Below, piece after piece: positions 1-9,599 of a DNA stretch of 64,000 nt. Position 1 is the stretch's first letter, and the number at the start of each line of letters is the position of its first letter. A program made the position numbers and the translations under genes. This DNA is from Longimicrobiales bacterium (GTDB lineage Bacteria > Gemmatimonadota > Gemmatimonadetes > Longimicrobiales > Gaopeijiaceae). The notes under the pieces were generated by a model. It did no database searches. It worked only from the letters and a program-made list of their open reading frames with translations, and was not told the origin of the DNA. The DNA is taken from assembly GCA_965249725.1 (NCBI GenBank), contig CBDFMQ010000002.1:128001-192000 (forward strand), given 5' to 3'.

Positions 1-621
1 GCCAGCGCCCTGGGGCCTCGACCGCCGGATCATTTTCTGCTGGGGCGCATGGTCCAACGGATGGGCAACGTGTACGCGGCCAGCCCGAAGGACGAAGAAT
101 GGATTGATGCACAGCTGGCTGGAGCACGAAGCCGGGTGCTCGAGTGGATGCTCCCTTATATGAACGCCCCCGTCGACGCAGCAGGGTTCGGCCGTCGCCT
201 GTTGGAGGTGTGTTATCAGGGTGAACTCCGCCCCGAGTCCAGGGGTCGGTCCGATCGAGTCTACGACGCCCAGGCGGACCACTTTCGGGAGCAATTTCGC
301 TCCGTGTTGGTGCGGGGCGAAGAGGAGGGGACTCTGCTCCGAGACGGCGAGCACTTCGTGCTGGCGGCTCCCGTGCCGGACCGTATCCGTCGGCGATGGC
401 GTTCCCACTTCCGACGCTCCAAGGTTCGCGCGACTCTGCGTTGGTTCAAGCACACGATCACGTTCGCGAATTGGCTTCCCTACGTCGTCCGGAAGGTGGA
501 GCGCCACACGGGTCGCCCGGTCCACTTGACTGCCCTCGAACGGAAGTTGCCGCTTATCTTCCTGTGGCCGCGTGCCATCAAGGTGCTGCTGACTCGTCCC
601 CCGCGAGAGATCACGAAATGA
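1..621 (+). CDS. 5'-truncated protein, possibly a bacterial Tam41/Mmp37-like phosphatidate cytidylyltransferase
   Basis: Frame is open from base 1. YQGELRPE and the C-terminal TF..WLPYVVRKVERHTG resemble bacterial Tam41-like proteins as I recall them. ATGA overlap with a CDP-alcohol phosphatidyltransferase. Confidence 0.55.
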   Translation, partial: ASALGPRPPDHFLLGRMVQRMGNVYAASPKDEEWIDAQLAGARSRVLEWMLPYMNAPVDAAGFGRRLLEVCYQGELRPESRGRSDRVYDAQADHFREQFRSVLVRGEEEGTLLRDGEHFVLAAPVPDRIRRRWRSHFRRSKVRATLRWFKHTITFANWLPYVVRKVERHTGRPVHLTALERKLPLIFLWPRAIKVLLTRPPREITK

Positions 622-1352
622 GAACGGACTTCATGGTCCTCTTGTTCATCCTCGGTATTGCCGTGGCCTCGATGCCCGTCTACGCCCTGAGTGCCGCGCG
701 TAGGTCGGGTGATCCTCACGAAGTCGCGAACCGGGGGAGCTTCGCGCTTGGGGGTTTCGTGCGGAGTTGGTTCTTCTGGTTCGTCCGGCCGATCGAGGTC
801 GTGTCCCTGGCGCTGGGACTCTCTCCCACCGCGTTCAATATCCTGGGTGTCGCATTCGGCGTCGGTGCCGGCGTGAGCTTCGGCCTCGGATACGTGAATC
901 TCGGTGGTTGGGGTGTGCTCATGGGTGGCGTGGCGGACGTGATGGACGGCCGCATCGCACGTGCCCGTGGCATTGCCGATCAACGGGGGGCCTTTCTCGA
1001 CTCGACTCTCGATCGCTTCGCCGAGGTGGGTGCGTTCGTCGGTCTGGCTGTGCTTTTCAGCGATTCGACCTTGGCGTTGTCACTGACCGTTGCCGCCCTG
1101 GGCGGCTCCCTGTTGGTGAGCTACGCCCGGGCCCGCGGCGAGAGTCTGGGCGTGCTGTGCAACCTGGGTGTGATGCAGCGGGCGGAACGATTGATGCTGA
1201 TCGGCTTCGGAGGCATCCTGGATCCGGCCGTCAGCGCGTGGGCCGGATGGGCTCCCGGTACGCTGCTGATCGGCCTCGTTGCAATCGTCGCGGTCGGGAC
1301 CGTGGGCACAGCCGTGTTCAGGACCGTGTGGATCGCCAAACGACTGGCTTAA
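618..1352 (+). CDS. CDP-alcohol phosphatidyltransferase family protein
   Basis: Signature DVMDGRIAR...GAFLDSTLD, YARARGE motif, several TM segments. ATG at 618 overlaps the upstream TGA. Confidence 0.92.
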   Translation: MRTDFMVLLFILGIAVASMPVYALSAARRSGDPHEVANRGSFALGGFVRSWFFWFVRPIEVVSLALGLSPTAFNILGVAFGVGAGVSFGLGYVNLGGWGVLMGGVADVMDGRIARARGIADQRGAFLDSTLDRFAEVGAFVGLAVLFSDSTLALSLTVAALGGSLLVSYARARGESLGVLCNLGVMQRAERLMLIGFGGILDPAVSAWAGWAPGTLLIGLVAIVAVGTVGTAVFRTVWIAKRLA

Positions 1353-1454
1353 GCGACTAGCGGCGACCGCGACCTGGCCCGAGTGGAGCGGGATTACAGT
1401 CCCCGTCCACCGGACCAGGCCGCTCGGGCAAGGCCGCTGTCCTGCCTCTTCCAC

Positions 1455-2615
1455 TCAGTGCCTGACCACCTCGACGCGGGCGAACACGCCCACATGGTCG
1501 GAGGGCTTCAGGCCGGTCACCGCCTCATCGGCTTCCAGGTTTCCCGTGATCGCGAAGTTCACAACGTTGACGTCCAGGTCCCGGGTTCCCCGGGCCATCA
1601 CGTAGTCGATTCGCTCGAACAGGCCGCCCGCCCGCAGATCCGGATCGAAGCAGCAGGTATATCCGGGCAGAGACCCACGGGCCATGGGGCTCGTCTGAGC
1701 GTCCTCGAAGCCCGCGTTTAAGAGAATCGGATACGTCGCCGTACTTGCCGCGTCCGGCAGGGCATTCAGGTCGCCCATCAGGATCGCCGGGGCTGAGACG
1801 CCCGACAGCATCCCGATCAGCTCGGCGGCCTGCGACTCCTGGGTGGTGGGACCGGTTTCGTCCGTCTCGAGGTGCGTATTGACGACGTGGAACGGCTGCC
1901 CGTCGATCATGAGATCGACCCGGTTCCAGCCTCGCCGAATGGTCATCGGCGACCCACCGCCCACCGGAATGGAGACGTTCAGGGCGAAGTTGTTCGAGGT
2001 CTCGCCGATGATCTGGATATCGCCCCGCACGAGCATGACGTCGTGGTCGGTCCAGCGAACGTCGACCAGGCCCTCGTGCGTGACGGCGGGGAACTCGATG
2101 TCGGTGTTCTCGACCACCGAGGCGATCGTGTAGTCGAGGCCCCTGTTTCGCATCGCGTCCAAGAGGATCATCAGGTAGTCGAACTCGACCACTGTGGCTC
2201 TTGTCGGATTCCCCACCAGGAAGTCTCCCGGATTCTGGCTTCGGAACTTCGCGACCTCCTGCAGGCCGATCACATCAGGGCGTGTGCTCTGGATTTCCCG
2301 TGCTATGGCGTCCGCCCTTGCCGGAAAGTCGTTCAGGACGATCCGGTTCCAGGCCTCTCCGACCGCCGAGGGAATCTGCTCGGGGGCGCTCGCGCTCATG
2401 ATGGGTGTGAGGTCCGCTCCGAGGTACAGGTTGCGTGACATGACGGTGATGGTGCGGACGGGCGGTGGAGGCGGAGGCGGAGGCGTGGGCTCCTGCTCGA
2501 CGAACTCTTCCTCCTCCGGAAGAACGTCGTCCTCGACACTGACCGGATTGCGATCGCACGCTACAGCGGCGAAGGCCAAAGAAGCGATGGCTGTGATGGT
2601 GAGTAGCGACCTCAT
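1455..2615 (-). CDS. Endonuclease/exonuclease/phosphatase family lipoprotein
   Basis: Lipobox AVAC; motifs MSRNL, GLQEV, NTHLE, GDLNA, RIDY, SDH; Pro-rich linker. Confidence 0.88.
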   Translation of the reverse strand: MRSLLTITAIASLAFAAVACDRNPVSVEDDVLPEEEEFVEQEPTPPPPPPPPVRTITVMSRNLYLGADLTPIMSASAPEQIPSAVGEAWNRIVLNDFPARADAIAREIQSTRPDVIGLQEVAKFRSQNPGDFLVGNPTRATVVEFDYLMILLDAMRNRGLDYTIASVVENTDIEFPAVTHEGLVDVRWTDHDVMLVRGDIQIIGETSNNFALNVSIPVGGGSPMTIRRGWNRVDLMIDGQPFHVVNTHLETDETGPTTQESQAAELIGMLSGVSAPAILMGDLNALPDAASTATYPILLNAGFEDAQTSPMARGSLPGYTCCFDPDLRAGGLFERIDYVMARGTRDLDVNVVNFAITGNLEADEAVTGLKPSDHVGVFARVEVVRH

Positions 2616-2828
2616 GGTGTCCTCCTTATTCGTTGATGACGGCGGACTGTCCCGCCCTCATCGAAGGATGCCATGGGCCTCGACCTGATTGGATACGACA
2701 TAGTACGTAGTAGGACGTACGGATGACGTAGGCCTTTACGCGTGCATGAATGTGCGCTTTGATTGTATCTTGCTCGGCTTGTACACAGGATTTCTAGCCG
2801 AAGACTTGGTCGAAGAGGGGATGGGAAC

Positions 2829-5468
2829 ATGGGTGTAGGTCGGTACATCACAGCTTTCGTGGTCGTTTTGACGGCAACAGGCTTATCCACGAGTGCGCTC
2901 GCGGCTCAGGGCACTCTTCAGAGAGCCTCAGCGACTCGCGTCGAGGGGCGAGCGCCCACGATAGACGGCGTGCTGGACGATGAGGCCTGGAGTGCGGCAG
3001 ATCTGATCTCCGATTTCACCCAGAAGGTGCCGGTCGAAGGGGCTGAGCCGTCGGACGCCACAGAAGTCCGGATGATCTACGACGACGATGCTCTGTACAT
3101 CGGCGCCCGCATGTATCACTCGGACCCCGCGAATATCCGCACGACCCTTACGCGTCGTGACGGAGAGAGCGATGCCGAGCGGCTGATCTTCGCCTTCGAC
3201 TCGTATCACGACCGGCGTACGGCCTACAGTTTCGGCGTTTCGGCGGCGGGTGTGCGCTTCGACATGTACCATCCCGACGACCGCACCTCCGGGGAGACCC
3301 AATTCGACCCCGTATGGGTGACACGCGTGACGATCGATTCGCAGGGGTGGATGGCCGAATTGCGTATCCCGTTCAGCCAGCTTCGGTTCAACGCGGCGGA
3401 TCCTCAGGTGTGGGGGATGGAGATCACCCGCTATGTGCCGGAACGCAACGAAGAGATCCAGTGGGCGTTGATCCCGGTCTCTCGTGCCCAAGCCGGTTAT
3501 GCATCGCAGTTCGGCGAGCTTCACGGGATCTCGGGCGTTCGACCCACCCGAAGGGTCGAGATTCTCCCCTACATAGCGGGCGATCTGACCCTCGAGTCGG
3601 ATGTCGACACGGCAGATCCGTTCGACCAGAAAACACGGACTCGGGTAGGCGCCGACGTGAAGATGGGCCTGGGGCCCAACCTGACGCTCGATCTCACCGT
3701 CAACCCGGACTTCGGGCAGGTGGAGGCGGACCCCGCCGAGGTCAACCTGACGGCGTTCGAGACGTTCTTCCCGGAACGCAGACCCTTCTTCATCGAGGGG
3801 AACGGAATGCTGGACGGTCGCCAAGGGTATGTTCCGCTTCCGAAGTGGTATTACTCTCGTAGGGTCGGTGCGGCGCCCCACGCTCGTGCCGATGGCGACT
3901 ACGTGAAGACGCCTGCCAGCACGACGATTGCGACGGCAGCCAAGGTGACCGGACGACTCGCTTCAGGCATGTCCGTGGGGGCGCTCCTGGGATTCACGCC
4001 GCGCGAACAGGCCAAGAGCTACGATCTCGGCTCGGGCCAGACCTCGGTGGTGCCCGTCGAGCCCGGTTCGGCATACGGAGTGATCCGGCTCCAGAAGGAG
4101 ATCGGCCCGCAGCAGTCGGCCGTCGGCCTCGCGATGACCACCACGAGAAGACGCTTCGAGGACGGCGACCCGCTTGCGGACCTGCTGGTCCGGTCGGCCT
4201 TCTCGGGTGGGTTGGACGGCAAGTTGCGCGTCAAGGACGGAATGTACGAGTTCACGGGTTTCGCCGGTGGGAGTCGGGTCGAGGGCAGCCCTGAGGCCCT
4301 GGAACGGCTTCAGTTCTCGTCGGCGCGGTACTACCAGCGGCCCGACCAGGACTATGTGACGTACGACCCGCTTATGACCTCCATGACTGGGTACAGTGCT
4401 GCCGTTCGTGCCGACAAGAATGCGGGAAGGCGGCACGTGTGGGGCATCGGCTTCACGGCGCGGTCTCCCGGCTTCGAGATCAACGACGTGGGACAGATGC
4501 GTTCCGCCGACGATCTCGACTTCAACTGGGACTTCCAGTTTCGCGATACCCAGCCGGGCCCCCTCTTCCGCTTCTGGAACATCGGTCATTCGAACCGAAA
4601 TGGGTGGTCGTACGGCGGAGTCCGACAACACTCGAACTTCAACCAGAGTGTCAGAGTCGAGTTCCACAATTTTTGGTCTCTCCGGTACTCGACGAATCGC
4701 ACGGTCCGAGGCATGAGCGATGTCTTGACCCGGGGTGGGCCACTGATGGGTACGGCGAGCGGTTGGCGATACGACGCTCGCCTCAGTGGAAATCCGGGTG
4801 CTCGGATCTCGTGGAATACGCACTTCCAGTACCACACGGACGAATTCGGTGGATGGGGGAGGGAGTTGGAGGGTGGGCTCCAGTTCCGGCTCGCCCCACG
4901 CTGGCAGGCGTCCGTCAACCTGGCGTACGAGGAGAGAGTGGACTCCAGGCAGTACGTGACGACCCGCGACGACGGTCGCGCCGTAACGTACGGGAATCGC
5001 TACATCTTCTCGTACATCGAGCGCTCCGAGCTATCCGCGCCCCTGCGGCTTGACTACTCGTTCACCCCGGATCTCACCGTGGAGCTTTGGGCTGAGCCGT
5101 TCGCGGCGAGCGGCCGATTCTTCGACTTCGGGGAGCTGCCCGCTCCTCAGGCCAGACACCTTCGGACGTATGGTACCGACGGGCCGACAATCGCGACGCA
5201 GTCCGACGGGTCGCACTTGGTCACGGACGGGGCAACCAGCTTCACGATCGACAACCGCGACTTCAACCGACTGTTCCTACGGTCCAATCTGGTCGTGCGG
5301 TGGGAGTGGGCTCCGGGAAGCACCTTGTATCTGATCTGGCAGCAGAACCGGTCCGAGTTCGCGAGCACGGGCGAGCTGATCGGGGTGGGCTCACTCGGCG
5401 ACGCGATCACGGCGCCGGGTGACAACTTCTTCGCCATCAAAGCGAGCTATTGGCTAGGGCTCAGATAG
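2829..5468 (+). CDS. DUF5916 / CBM9-like domain secreted (probable outer-membrane) protein
   Basis: Signal peptide; PTIDGVLDDEAW, NPDFGQVEAD, FFPERRPFF; aromatic C-terminus. Confidence 0.85.
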   Translation: MGVGRYITAFVVVLTATGLSTSALAAQGTLQRASATRVEGRAPTIDGVLDDEAWSAADLISDFTQKVPVEGAEPSDATEVRMIYDDDALYIGARMYHSDPANIRTTLTRRDGESDAERLIFAFDSYHDRRTAYSFGVSAAGVRFDMYHPDDRTSGETQFDPVWVTRVTIDSQGWMAELRIPFSQLRFNAADPQVWGMEITRYVPERNEEIQWALIPVSRAQAGYASQFGELHGISGVRPTRRVEILPYIAGDLTLESDVDTADPFDQKTRTRVGADVKMGLGPNLTLDLTVNPDFGQVEADPAEVNLTAFETFFPERRPFFIEGNGMLDGRQGYVPLPKWYYSRRVGAAPHARADGDYVKTPASTTIATAAKVTGRLASGMSVGALLGFTPREQAKSYDLGSGQTSVVPVEPGSAYGVIRLQKEIGPQQSAVGLAMTTTRRRFEDGDPLADLLVRSAFSGGLDGKLRVKDGMYEFTGFAGGSRVEGSPEALERLQFSSARYYQRPDQDYVTYDPLMTSMTGYSAAVRADKNAGRRHVWGIGFTARSPGFEINDVGQMRSADDLDFNWDFQFRDTQPGPLFRFWNIGHSNRNGWSYGGVRQHSNFNQSVRVEFHNFWSLRYSTNRTVRGMSDVLTRGGPLMGTASGWRYDARLSGNPGARISWNTHFQYHTDEFGGWGRELEGGLQFRLAPRWQASVNLAYEERVDSRQYVTTRDDGRAVTYGNRYIFSYIERSELSAPLRLDYSFTPDLTVELWAEPFAASGRFFDFGELPAPQARHLRTYGTDGPTIATQSDGSHLVTDGATSFTIDNRDFNRLFLRSNLVVRWEWAPGSTLYLIWQQNRSEFASTGELIGVGSLGDAITAPGDNFFAIKASYWLGLR

Positions 5469-5475
5469 GACTCTC

Positions 5476-6507
5476 ATGAAACTGCATGCGAAACTGCACG
5501 GGATCTTCACACCGATAGCGACCGCCGCGGTATTGTCCTCGGGCATAATGGCGTGCGCACCGCCGGCGGAGCAGTCGTCCGGAATCGACCACGACATGCT
5601 CCAGGGCACCTGGCAGATCATGACCATCGAGAACCTGGAGACCGGAGAGGTGGACCGGATCGGGGATCGACGGACGATCTGGACTCAGTACACCGACTCC
5701 TTCTGGACCTACGTTTGGATGGACCCGGGCCGTGAGGGGAGGACACCCGCAGATTTCGCCCAACTCTCGCCCGACGAGCAGTACCGGGAGAACCGCGCCA
5801 AGATGTGGAACGAAGATGAGGAGTGGCGCTTCTGGGGGAGCGGCGGGACGTATGAGCTCGATGGGAACCGGATGGACTATACGAACGTCGTGTCCATCGA
5901 GCCGTATCAGGTCGAGATGGGCGGGGTTGAAGAGATCATCTACGTCAACGACACCGCCTACGCCTACCACACGGTGCCGCGAGACGGTGAGCCTGTGCGC
6001 GAATTCACGCATCGTCGCCTCGACACCATGGGAGTCCTCCCCACCACCCGCCAGGGCGACATCGACCCCGCCGACCTACGAGGCAACTGGCAGGTCATGT
6101 CCACGAGGCACATGGGCACCGGTGAGGTGGAGCAGATCGCACCGCATCGGACCAACTGGTTCCACGTGACCGACACGCACTGGACCTACGTCTGGATGGC
6201 GAAGGGTAGGGACGTGGTCACTCCGGACCAGCTGGCCCAGATGGACCCGGAGGAGCGTATCGCCGTCCAGTACGCCAAGATCTGGAACGAGCGCCACCGG
6301 CCCGTTTTCTGGGCCAGTGGCGGGACGTACACGATCGAGAACCAGGCCTTTGTCGTCGGTCCGAGGGATATGTCGATCGAGCCCTGGATGATCGGGGTGG
6401 AGGGCGAGGAACCGATCAGTCAGCTCGATCGATACACTTACGTGTATCTGTCCCCGCCACGGGCCGATGGCTCCGTGACGGAGACGACACACAGACGGCT
6501 GGACTGA
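5476..6507 (+). CDS. Lipoprotein with two tandem lipocalin-like domains
   Basis: Lipobox IMAC; two homologous halves (L.G.WQ, WTYVWM, FW.SGGTY, SIEP, THRRLD). Confidence 0.7.
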   Translation: MKLHAKLHGIFTPIATAAVLSSGIMACAPPAEQSSGIDHDMLQGTWQIMTIENLETGEVDRIGDRRTIWTQYTDSFWTYVWMDPGREGRTPADFAQLSPDEQYRENRAKMWNEDEEWRFWGSGGTYELDGNRMDYTNVVSIEPYQVEMGGVEEIIYVNDTAYAYHTVPRDGEPVREFTHRRLDTMGVLPTTRQGDIDPADLRGNWQVMSTRHMGTGEVEQIAPHRTNWFHVTDTHWTYVWMAKGRDVVTPDQLAQMDPEERIAVQYAKIWNERHRPVFWASGGTYTIENQAFVVGPRDMSIEPWMIGVEGEEPISQLDRYTYVYLSPPRADGSVTETTHRRLD

Positions 6508-6560
6508 CGAGACGCGTCAGGGCCGAGGTCCGCCGGACCTAGTCCAGATCTAGTCCAGAC

Positions 6561-7364
6561 CTAGGTGATCATCTCGGCCGGCAGTTCTCTCTCGGTCACT
6601 CTGCCGCCGACCATGCTGACGTAGTAACACTTGGCGTCCGGACGGGTGTGTACGACCCGTTCGACCTCGTTGTCCACGAAGTAGATGCCGGCGTCATTGT
6701 CGCACGCATACCCGGGCTGCATCTCGCCGGACCCGATCTTCCTATGGTATGTGGGCCTGCGGTTTGCCTCCCCATCGTAGTGCGGAGAGTGGCTGCCCTT
6801 CAGGAATCCGAGGCACTTCACCGTCGTGAGTTCAATGGGCCTGGAGTCTGTGGTTCCCTCGTCGAACCAGCACAATGATCCGGCGCTGGCGCCTCCCAGC
6901 ACGATCCCGCGGTCCCAGGCCTTCTGGAGCACCTCATCGATCCCGTGGGCTTTCCAGATCACCTGTTGATTCAGCGTGTTTCCGCCGGAGACCACGATGC
7001 CGTCCATGGACAGCAGCACCTCTTCCCACGTCTGCTTCATCCGATTGCTGTTGATGAAGCTCGCTTGCCAGTGGGGCTCGACGTTGAGCGGTGCGCAGTT
7101 CTGGAAGAACCTGAGATTGCCTGATTCACGGTCCGCCGAAGCCGTGGGCAGATAGCAGATTCTCGGTCTCTCCTTGCCGGTAAGCTCGGCCATGTACTTG
7201 ATGAAGGTCGTACCGAACCCGCCGCCCGCGATCAGGATCTTCCGGTTGCGGTTCTGCGCAACCGGCTTGATCCCGGCGATCTCGAGCCCGCTTATCGACA
7301 AATCGCCTGTCTTGAGGCCGACCGAACCCAGTGCGGAGGCGGCCAAGAACTCTCTTCTCTTCAT
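6561..7364 (-). CDS. Peptidase S51 (dipeptidase E-like) with Tat signal
   Basis: MKRREFL Tat motif after a GA-rich RBS; PTAS, SGGNT, GASAG nucleophile, PHYD. Confidence 0.9.
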   Translation of the reverse strand: MKRREFLAASALGSVGLKTGDLSISGLEIAGIKPVAQNRNRKILIAGGGFGTTFIKYMAELTGKERPRICYLPTASADRESGNLRFFQNCAPLNVEPHWQASFINSNRMKQTWEEVLLSMDGIVVSGGNTLNQQVIWKAHGIDEVLQKAWDRGIVLGGASAGSLCWFDEGTTDSRPIELTTVKCLGFLKGSHSPHYDGEANRRPTYHRKIGSGEMQPGYACDNDAGIYFVDNEVERVVHTRPDAKCYYVSMVGGRVTERELPAEMIT

Positions 7365-7452
7365 GATCCCTTCCTTCCTTTCGTGTTGCCTGAGCCCACT
7401 GGCCGAGGCGGGATCCACCACCGCCTGACCTGACGACGTTCTTCATGCGCTT

Positions 7453-8022
7453 CTACATACCGGGTCCCGACCTGTGTACCGAGCGGACCGTGACCAGTAG
7501 CATCGTGATCAGCAGAAAGGCCGCACCCGCCATCACGGGAATCGTGACGAAGCCGAACACGGCGACGTACCTGCCGGAACACGGCGGACCTGCCCCACAC
7601 GGGACGAGATCCAACGAAGGCCGGTGCTGCACCACGATGTGATACCCCGAAATGAGGAGGCCGATCACCGGGAGCGGGAGCGCGAAGCGCCAGACGCCTC
7701 CGTCCCCGGCGAGCATGCCCGCGCCCAGCACGAGCACGAGCGGATACATGGCGATTCTCTGATACCAGCACAGCGAGCATGGCACGAAGCCCACGCCCTC
7801 CGAGAAGTAGAGGCTTCCCGACGTCGCGACCAGGGCGAGAAACCAAGCCCATGCGATGGGATGCCGCTCACGGCCACCGAGCGTGGATTGCAGTCCCGAC
7901 CGCGCGTTGGGCAAGAGCAGCGCCACCGCGAGCGCGAGGGCCGTGACCGTAGAGAGCAGCGCGAGCGCGCCGAGGGTCTGAACGATGGCTGTGTACACGG
8001 TCGGGCTCCAAACTGAGTCCAA
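7453..8022 (-). CDS. dsbB: Disulfide bond formation protein, DsbB/BdbC family
   Basis: PCSLCWYQRIAMYP motif, second Cys pair PCGAGPPCS, multiple TM helices. TTG start is uncertain. Confidence 0.88.
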   Translation of the reverse strand: MDSVWSPTVYTAIVQTLGALALLSTVTALALAVALLLPNARSGLQSTLGGRERHPIAWAWFLALVATSGSLYFSEGVGFVPCSLCWYQRIAMYPLVLVLGAGMLAGDGGVWRFALPLPVIGLLISGYHIVVQHRPSLDLVPCGAGPPCSGRYVAVFGFVTIPVMAGAAFLLITMLLVTVRSVHRSGPGM

Positions 8023-8279
8023 GCTCAGTCGAGACTCGGTGCGTATCAGGACTCTCAGAATGGCGGACTGTCACCGTAAAGAATAGTCGTGGACGTCGCG
8101 GACCAGAAGCGGGGCCAGGGCGTCTGCCACTCGGCTCTCCTGCCCCTGACCTGGCGGCTGCCCCCTTCGGGAGATGCCCAGCAGCAAAGATGCTCATATA
8201 ATGCAGGCCTTCCGCCTGATACTCCTGAAGCGGTCCAGAACAGGTGTTCGGCCGTGAGTGCAACAAAGCGAGGTGAATC

Positions 8280-9599
8280 ATGATGAAGCCGACTGTTCTG
8301 ACATCTGCCGGCGCCCTGTTGGGCTTGGCGGCTCTCCTCACTGCGAGCCCGGTGCTGGCTCAGGAGGACGCGGAGAAGCGGGGGAGCGACAATGTCGAAG
8401 TCGTGGCGCACATCCCCCTCGGACCGAGTGTGTCCGACATCGAGGTCGAGCAAGACATGGACCGGCCTTACGCCTATGTGGCGAAACAGGATGGCGGTCT
8501 GGACATCATCGACCTGCACGACCCGTACGATGCGAAGGTGCTCCACCGTTGGCGCTTCGACGACATGGACATCCATGTCGGATCCGCCGGCAAGGATATC
8601 AAGATCTTCGAGTACAACGGCCGGAACTACGTCGTCCATTCTGTTCAGTTCCGTCAGGGCGGACCGGATGCGGACCTCGGAGCCGTCGTTTTCGACGCCA
8701 CGGGCCTACCCGACGTCTCGACCTGGAAAGAAGTGGGCCGCATCCAGGGTCCCGGTGAGCTCGGTGGCTTCCACAACATCTACGTCTATCGGCACAGCAA
8801 CGGCCGCCCGCTCCTCATCTCCACCGTGTCGGGACCGTTCGCCAATGTCTACGACCTTGGATATGTCGTGGACGGACGGCTCGACGAAGCGCTCGTCGCG
8901 CAGATTCCCGTTCCGGCGAATGACTCCGATCGGCCCGGACCCCGCGGGTACCACGACTTCTACGCCGGATTCCATCCGGACAGTGAGCAGGACCGCTTCT
9001 ACGGGGGCGGCACCGGAGGCTTCTACGTCTATAACATCACCGACCTGGAGAACCCGGAGCTCATGGTGACCCTCACGGGCGTCAGCGGAGTGGATTGGGG
9101 CCATACCTTCACTCCGTCGCCCGACGGTCGTTATGTCGTGGGTGAGGTGGAGTACCAGTACGCTCCGCTTCGGATCTTCGACCTCAAGCCGGCCCTGGAC
9201 GGTGAGGTCTCGAACATTCGCCGCCCGATCTCAGCCTGGACCGCCAACTGGGAGAACCTGTCGCACAACCACGAAGTGCGTTGGCCCTTCGTCTTCGTGT
9301 CGGGCTATCTGGACGGCATGCAGGTCTTCACGCTGTCCGATCCCAAGCATCCGAAGACGGTCGCCCACTACGACACGTACCTCGAGCCTGAGGACAACCG
9401 TGGCATGGGCGGCAACTGGGGTGTCGACGTGAGGAACGCCGACGGCCTGATCGTGTCGTCGGACTCGCAGACCGGCTTCTGGGCCTTCAAGATGGACGGG
9501 TTCAACGGCTGGAACGGACTCGACTGGGGTCAGCCCAACATCTCGAGTGCTCAGGACTGGGTGAACGGCCCGGCCTACCAGGCGGTGACTCGCTACTAG
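8280..9599 (+). CDS. Secreted LVIVD-repeat-type His-rich beta-propeller protein
   Basis: Signal peptide; GLDIIDL and GMQVFTL repeats; FHN, YHD, GHT, HNHE motifs; WGVDVRNADGLIV. Paralog of the 34.5-40.3 kb array. Confidence 0.75.
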   Translation: MMKPTVLTSAGALLGLAALLTASPVLAQEDAEKRGSDNVEVVAHIPLGPSVSDIEVEQDMDRPYAYVAKQDGGLDIIDLHDPYDAKVLHRWRFDDMDIHVGSAGKDIKIFEYNGRNYVVHSVQFRQGGPDADLGAVVFDATGLPDVSTWKEVGRIQGPGELGGFHNIYVYRHSNGRPLLISTVSGPFANVYDLGYVVDGRLDEALVAQIPVPANDSDRPGPRGYHDFYAGFHPDSEQDRFYGGGTGGFYVYNITDLENPELMVTLTGVSGVDWGHTFTPSPDGRYVVGEVEYQYAPLRIFDLKPALDGEVSNIRRPISAWTANWENLSHNHEVRWPFVFVSGYLDGMQVFTLSDPKHPKTVAHYDTYLEPEDNRGMGGNWGVDVRNADGLIVSSDSQTGFWAFKMDGFNGWNGLDWGQPNISSAQDWVNGPAYQAVTRY

